Assembly (NCBI GenBank): GCA_016867255.1
Contig: VGKB01000002.1
Location: 1-37,184, forward strand
Direction: 5' to 3'
Length of the DNA stretch: 37,184 nucleotides
From: Candidatus Moraniibacteriota bacterium
GTDB taxonomy: Bacteria > Patescibacteriota > Minisyncoccia > CAIUEV01
Both the position numbers and the translations under genes were made by a program. The first letter of the stretch is position 1; the number at the start of each line of letters is the position of its first letter. This document shows, one piece after another, positions 35,012 to 37,184 of the stretch. The notes under the pieces are model-generated. The model worked only from the letters and a program-made list of their open reading frames with translations, did not search any database and was not told the DNA's origin.

Positions 35012-35743
35012 ATGAGTTACAAATCCATTCTCCTCAACATCCTCTTCCCCCGCCACTGCGTCATTTGCGAAACTCCGGACAGTTATCTGTGCAAAAATTG
35101 TTTTGGCGCTATCCCAATTAGAAAAACCAATCTCTGCCCCGTCTGCCAAAACATAGAGACTTTTGCCGGAAGAGTGTGTAATGTTTGTGAAAACGAAAAG
35201 AGGAAAATTTACCTTGACGGATTGATTATCGCTTCCTACTACAAAAATCCGGTCCTACGAGAAACGCTTTTTCGTTTTAAGTATAATTTTATTCAAGGAC
35301 TGTCTTTTTCGCTCGCTAAGGTCCTGGCTAAAAAAATCCTTTCTCTTTCTGAATTTCCTTTCACTGATTTTACTCTCGTCCCCATCCCCCTCCACCCTAA
35401 ACGTCAGCTTTGGCGGGGTTTTAATCAAGCGGCACTCCTTGTAAAAAAACTGCAGCTATTGTTGGATAAAAAAGAAGTCTTTGTAGAGACATCCCCCACC
35501 TTGCTCATCCGGGAGAAAAATTCCAAACCGCAAATGAAAATAAAATCCACCCTTGTAAGAGAAAAAAACATTGTCGGCAGTTTTATTTTTAATAAGGCGT
35601 TTACAAACAATACGCCCAAAAAAATTATTCTTGTTGACGACATTGCCACCACCGGCGCCACTCTCAACGAATGCGCTAAAATTTTAAAACGTCACGGGGC
35701 GGAGAAGGTTTGGGGGTTGGTGCTGGGAAGACAAGGATATTGA
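35012..35743 (+). CDS. comF: ComF family competence protein (double zinc ribbon + PRTase)
   Basis: CxxC pairs, PIPLH..R..WRGFNQA, LVDDIATTGATL. Confidence 0.93.
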   Translation: MSYKSILLNILFPRHCVICETPDSYLCKNCFGAIPIRKTNLCPVCQNIETFAGRVCNVCENEKRKIYLDGLIIASYYKNPVLRETLFRFKYNFIQGLSFSLAKVLAKKILSLSEFPFTDFTLVPIPLHPKRQLWRGFNQAALLVKKLQLLLDKKEVFVETSPTLLIREKNSKPQMKIKSTLVREKNIVGSFIFNKAFTNNTPKKIILVDDIATTGATLNECAKILKRHGAEKVWGLVLGRQGY

Positions 35744-35762
35744 TCAAATTGAAAATTTCAAA

Positions 35763-36491
35763 TTATAAGATATATCCTTCTGTTAATTTAATTATCATAT
35801 ACATAACCGCTATTCCAAGTACAGTGGCAATCGTTGTCCACCTCGCCGGGTGCGCGTGGTGGCTTTCCGGCAGAAGATCGCTGGCGCCGATATAGAGGAA
35901 AAAACCGCAAAAAATAGCCAAAATCAACCCTAACGTCTGCCCTGATAAAATAAAAAGGGAGGAGCTCAACACTCCTAAAACCGGCGCCGAAGAACCGACC
36001 AAAAGCCAGTTTAGAGCTTGTTCTCTGGTCCCATTATCCTTTAGCACTAAGCTGACCGTATTGATGCCGTCAGAAAATTTGTGCGCCAAAACGGCAAGCG
36101 TCACCGCAAGTCCCACGGCTAACGAAACTTGGTACGCCAAACCGATCGCCATGCCGTCTAAAAAGCTGTGTACTGACAAAGTCCCTGCCCCAAAGCCACC
36201 TCTATGTTTGGGGTTTCCGCAATTTTCCCCGTTACAATACCGCAAGAAAAATAGGCGGTCTAAAAGCAAATAAACTAAAAACCCTAACGCGGCAAAAGAA
36301 ATGATGTCACTGTGTCCGTACCGCTCTTCAGCTAATTTCAGCGCTTCGGGCAGTAAGTCAAAAAATGCCACGCCAATTACCGCGCCGGCGCTAAATCCGA
36401 GTACTAAATGCAATTTGTCTCTGAATCTGAGCGCGAACAGTCCGCCCAAGAAAGTCGCGGCTGCCGCGGCCGCTGCAAATAAAATTATCAT
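35763..36491 (-). CDS. ZIP family metal transporter
   Basis: VHSFLDGMAIG, LAHKFSDG, LYIGASDLLPE. Confidence 0.9.
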   Translation of the reverse strand: MIILFAAAAAAATFLGGLFALRFRDKLHLVLGFSAGAVIGVAFFDLLPEALKLAEERYGHSDIISFAALGFLVYLLLDRLFFLRYCNGENCGNPKHRGGFGAGTLSVHSFLDGMAIGLAYQVSLAVGLAVTLAVLAHKFSDGINTVSLVLKDNGTREQALNWLLVGSSAPVLGVLSSSLFILSGQTLGLILAIFCGFFLYIGASDLLPESHHAHPARWTTIATVLGIAVMYMIIKLTEGYIL

Positions 36492-36717
36492 CTTAAACGC
36501 CGTATTTTACAAAAAAAATTTTGGCATTCGCCGCTATTTTAGACTAAATAAAAAATTTTTTCAAAAACTTTCCCACAGTTTATAGACAATATTATTTACA
36601 TCACGACCTCATATGCGGCTTTATTACGCTATAAAAAAATTATCCCAGTTTTCCCCAAAAGCGGACTTGAGCTCCTGCCTGCCGGCGAGGTCGGGATAAC
36701 CTACGCCTGCTCCTTTA

Positions 36718-36757
36718 TGAGCCGATGAGAGGGATCGAACCTCCGCCCTGCGCGTTA
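36718..36757 (-). pseudogene. 3' half of a different tRNA (Thr-like), att-site-like remnant
   Basis: TAACGCGCAGGGCGGAGGTTCGATCCCTCTCATCGGCTCA: anticodon 3' strand, T arm with TTCGA, acceptor 3' strand and discriminator T. Confidence 0.75.
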
Positions 36758-36765
36758 TTTTCTTG

Positions 36766-36837
36766 AGCCGCCCGTCGGACTCGGACCGACAACCTACGCG
36801 TTACGAATGCGTTGCTCTACCGTTGAGCTAGGGCGGC
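36766..36837 (-). tRNA. tRNA-Thr(CGT)
   Basis: GCCGCCC/GGGCGGC acceptor, GCTC/GAGC D arm, anticodon loop TTCGTAA; atypical T-loop TCCGAGT. Confidence 0.9.
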
Positions 36838-37007
36838 AATTCCCTACTAATACATACAACCAATAACTTATAACTATTGCAAGCGATTTTAATCCCGCGT
36901 TTAGTCAAGAATGTGACCATTTATAGAATAATTGATGAAGTTAGAAATTATATTGATTTAAATATAATGATATGTAAATCTAAAAAGACTTAGGCGTTGA
37001 GAAAGGA

Positions 37008-37064
37008 GGGCTAAGCCCGCGGTCCTTTGAAAATAAGAACTGCTCACAAATAAGGAGGGCACGC
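37008..37064 (+). promoter_or_regulatory. Hairpin + boxA-like + SD leader (module M5)
   Basis: GGGC-taa-GCCC; GTCCTTTGAAAA (37022-37033); AAGGAGG at 37052. Confidence 0.55.
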
Positions 37065-37184
37065 ATGATTGAAATGACCGAAGGCCAGCAAGTGTTGGCG
37101 AGAATATTGATGAAAGCCGGGGTTTTCCGGCGCAAACAAGATTCTCCCGAAGGAAAGGGGTTTAAGCTCGTCCAGCACGAGATG
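37065..37184 (+). CDS. N-terminus of a protein running off the window (function unassigned)
   Basis: AAGGAGG plus ATG; open to the window end: MIEMTEGQQVLARILMKAGVFRRKQDSPEGKGFKLVQHEM. Confidence 0.6.
   Translation, partial: MIEMTEGQQVLARILMKAGVFRRKQDSPEGKGFKLVQHEM

Noticed and set aside
36565..36660. Degenerate DnaA-box cluster as oriC
   Set aside because: Only mismatched boxes (TTTCCCACA, TTATTTACA, TTATAGACA), and no dnaA/dnaN or clear unwinding element.
1..37184. Alternative genetic code 25 (UGA=Gly)
   Set aside because: Long conserved genes are intact under code 11, and TGA ends genes at expected positions (e.g. comF, pilD).
37065..37184. Assignment of the terminal partial ORF as an orotate phosphoribosyltransferase-like protein
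   Set aside because: GFKLVQHE is only faintly reminiscent, and 40 aa is too little to support a call.

Overview
This window looks like a chromosomal segment of a small-genome bacterium, most likely Patescibacteria/CPR (Parcubacteria-like). That assignment is inferred from gene content and style: a VirB6/TrbL-like membrane protein, a Rel lacking the ACT domain, PilD and ComF, and core genes without Shine-Dalgarno motifs. Translation is standard code 11. The right two-thirds (about 16-37 kb) is mostly core: pilD, a DciA-like gene, dnaE, a priming sugar transferase, ftsQ, rel, lepB, rnj, tRNA-Leu(CAG), comF, a ZIP transporter and tRNA-Thr(CGT). It is sprinkled with short GC-rich palindromes (several in frame inside genes), 7-bp-period arrays and one MITE. 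The left part (about 1-16 kb) is an accessory mosaic without an integrase. Its 1-3-gene cassettes are bounded by direct repeats of 27, 28, 135 and about 156 bp and by orphan gene ends. The cargo is a Doc toxin-antitoxin pair, Ddl-like ligase plus C39 peptidase, GNAT, PurD-like ATP-grasp, a histidine kinase, an isoprenoid/B12 radical SAM trio and VapBC. The most striking signal is a recurring rRNA-operon-like module in front of accessory protein genes: TTGACA, 16 bp, (C/G)A(G/T)AAT, 6 nt, a boxB-like hairpin, boxA (GTTCTTT(G/A)AAAA-type), a structured leader and a strong AGGAGG. It suggests Nus-factor antitermination used for ORFan expression cassettes. All product calls come from motif recognition by eye; no database searches were run.
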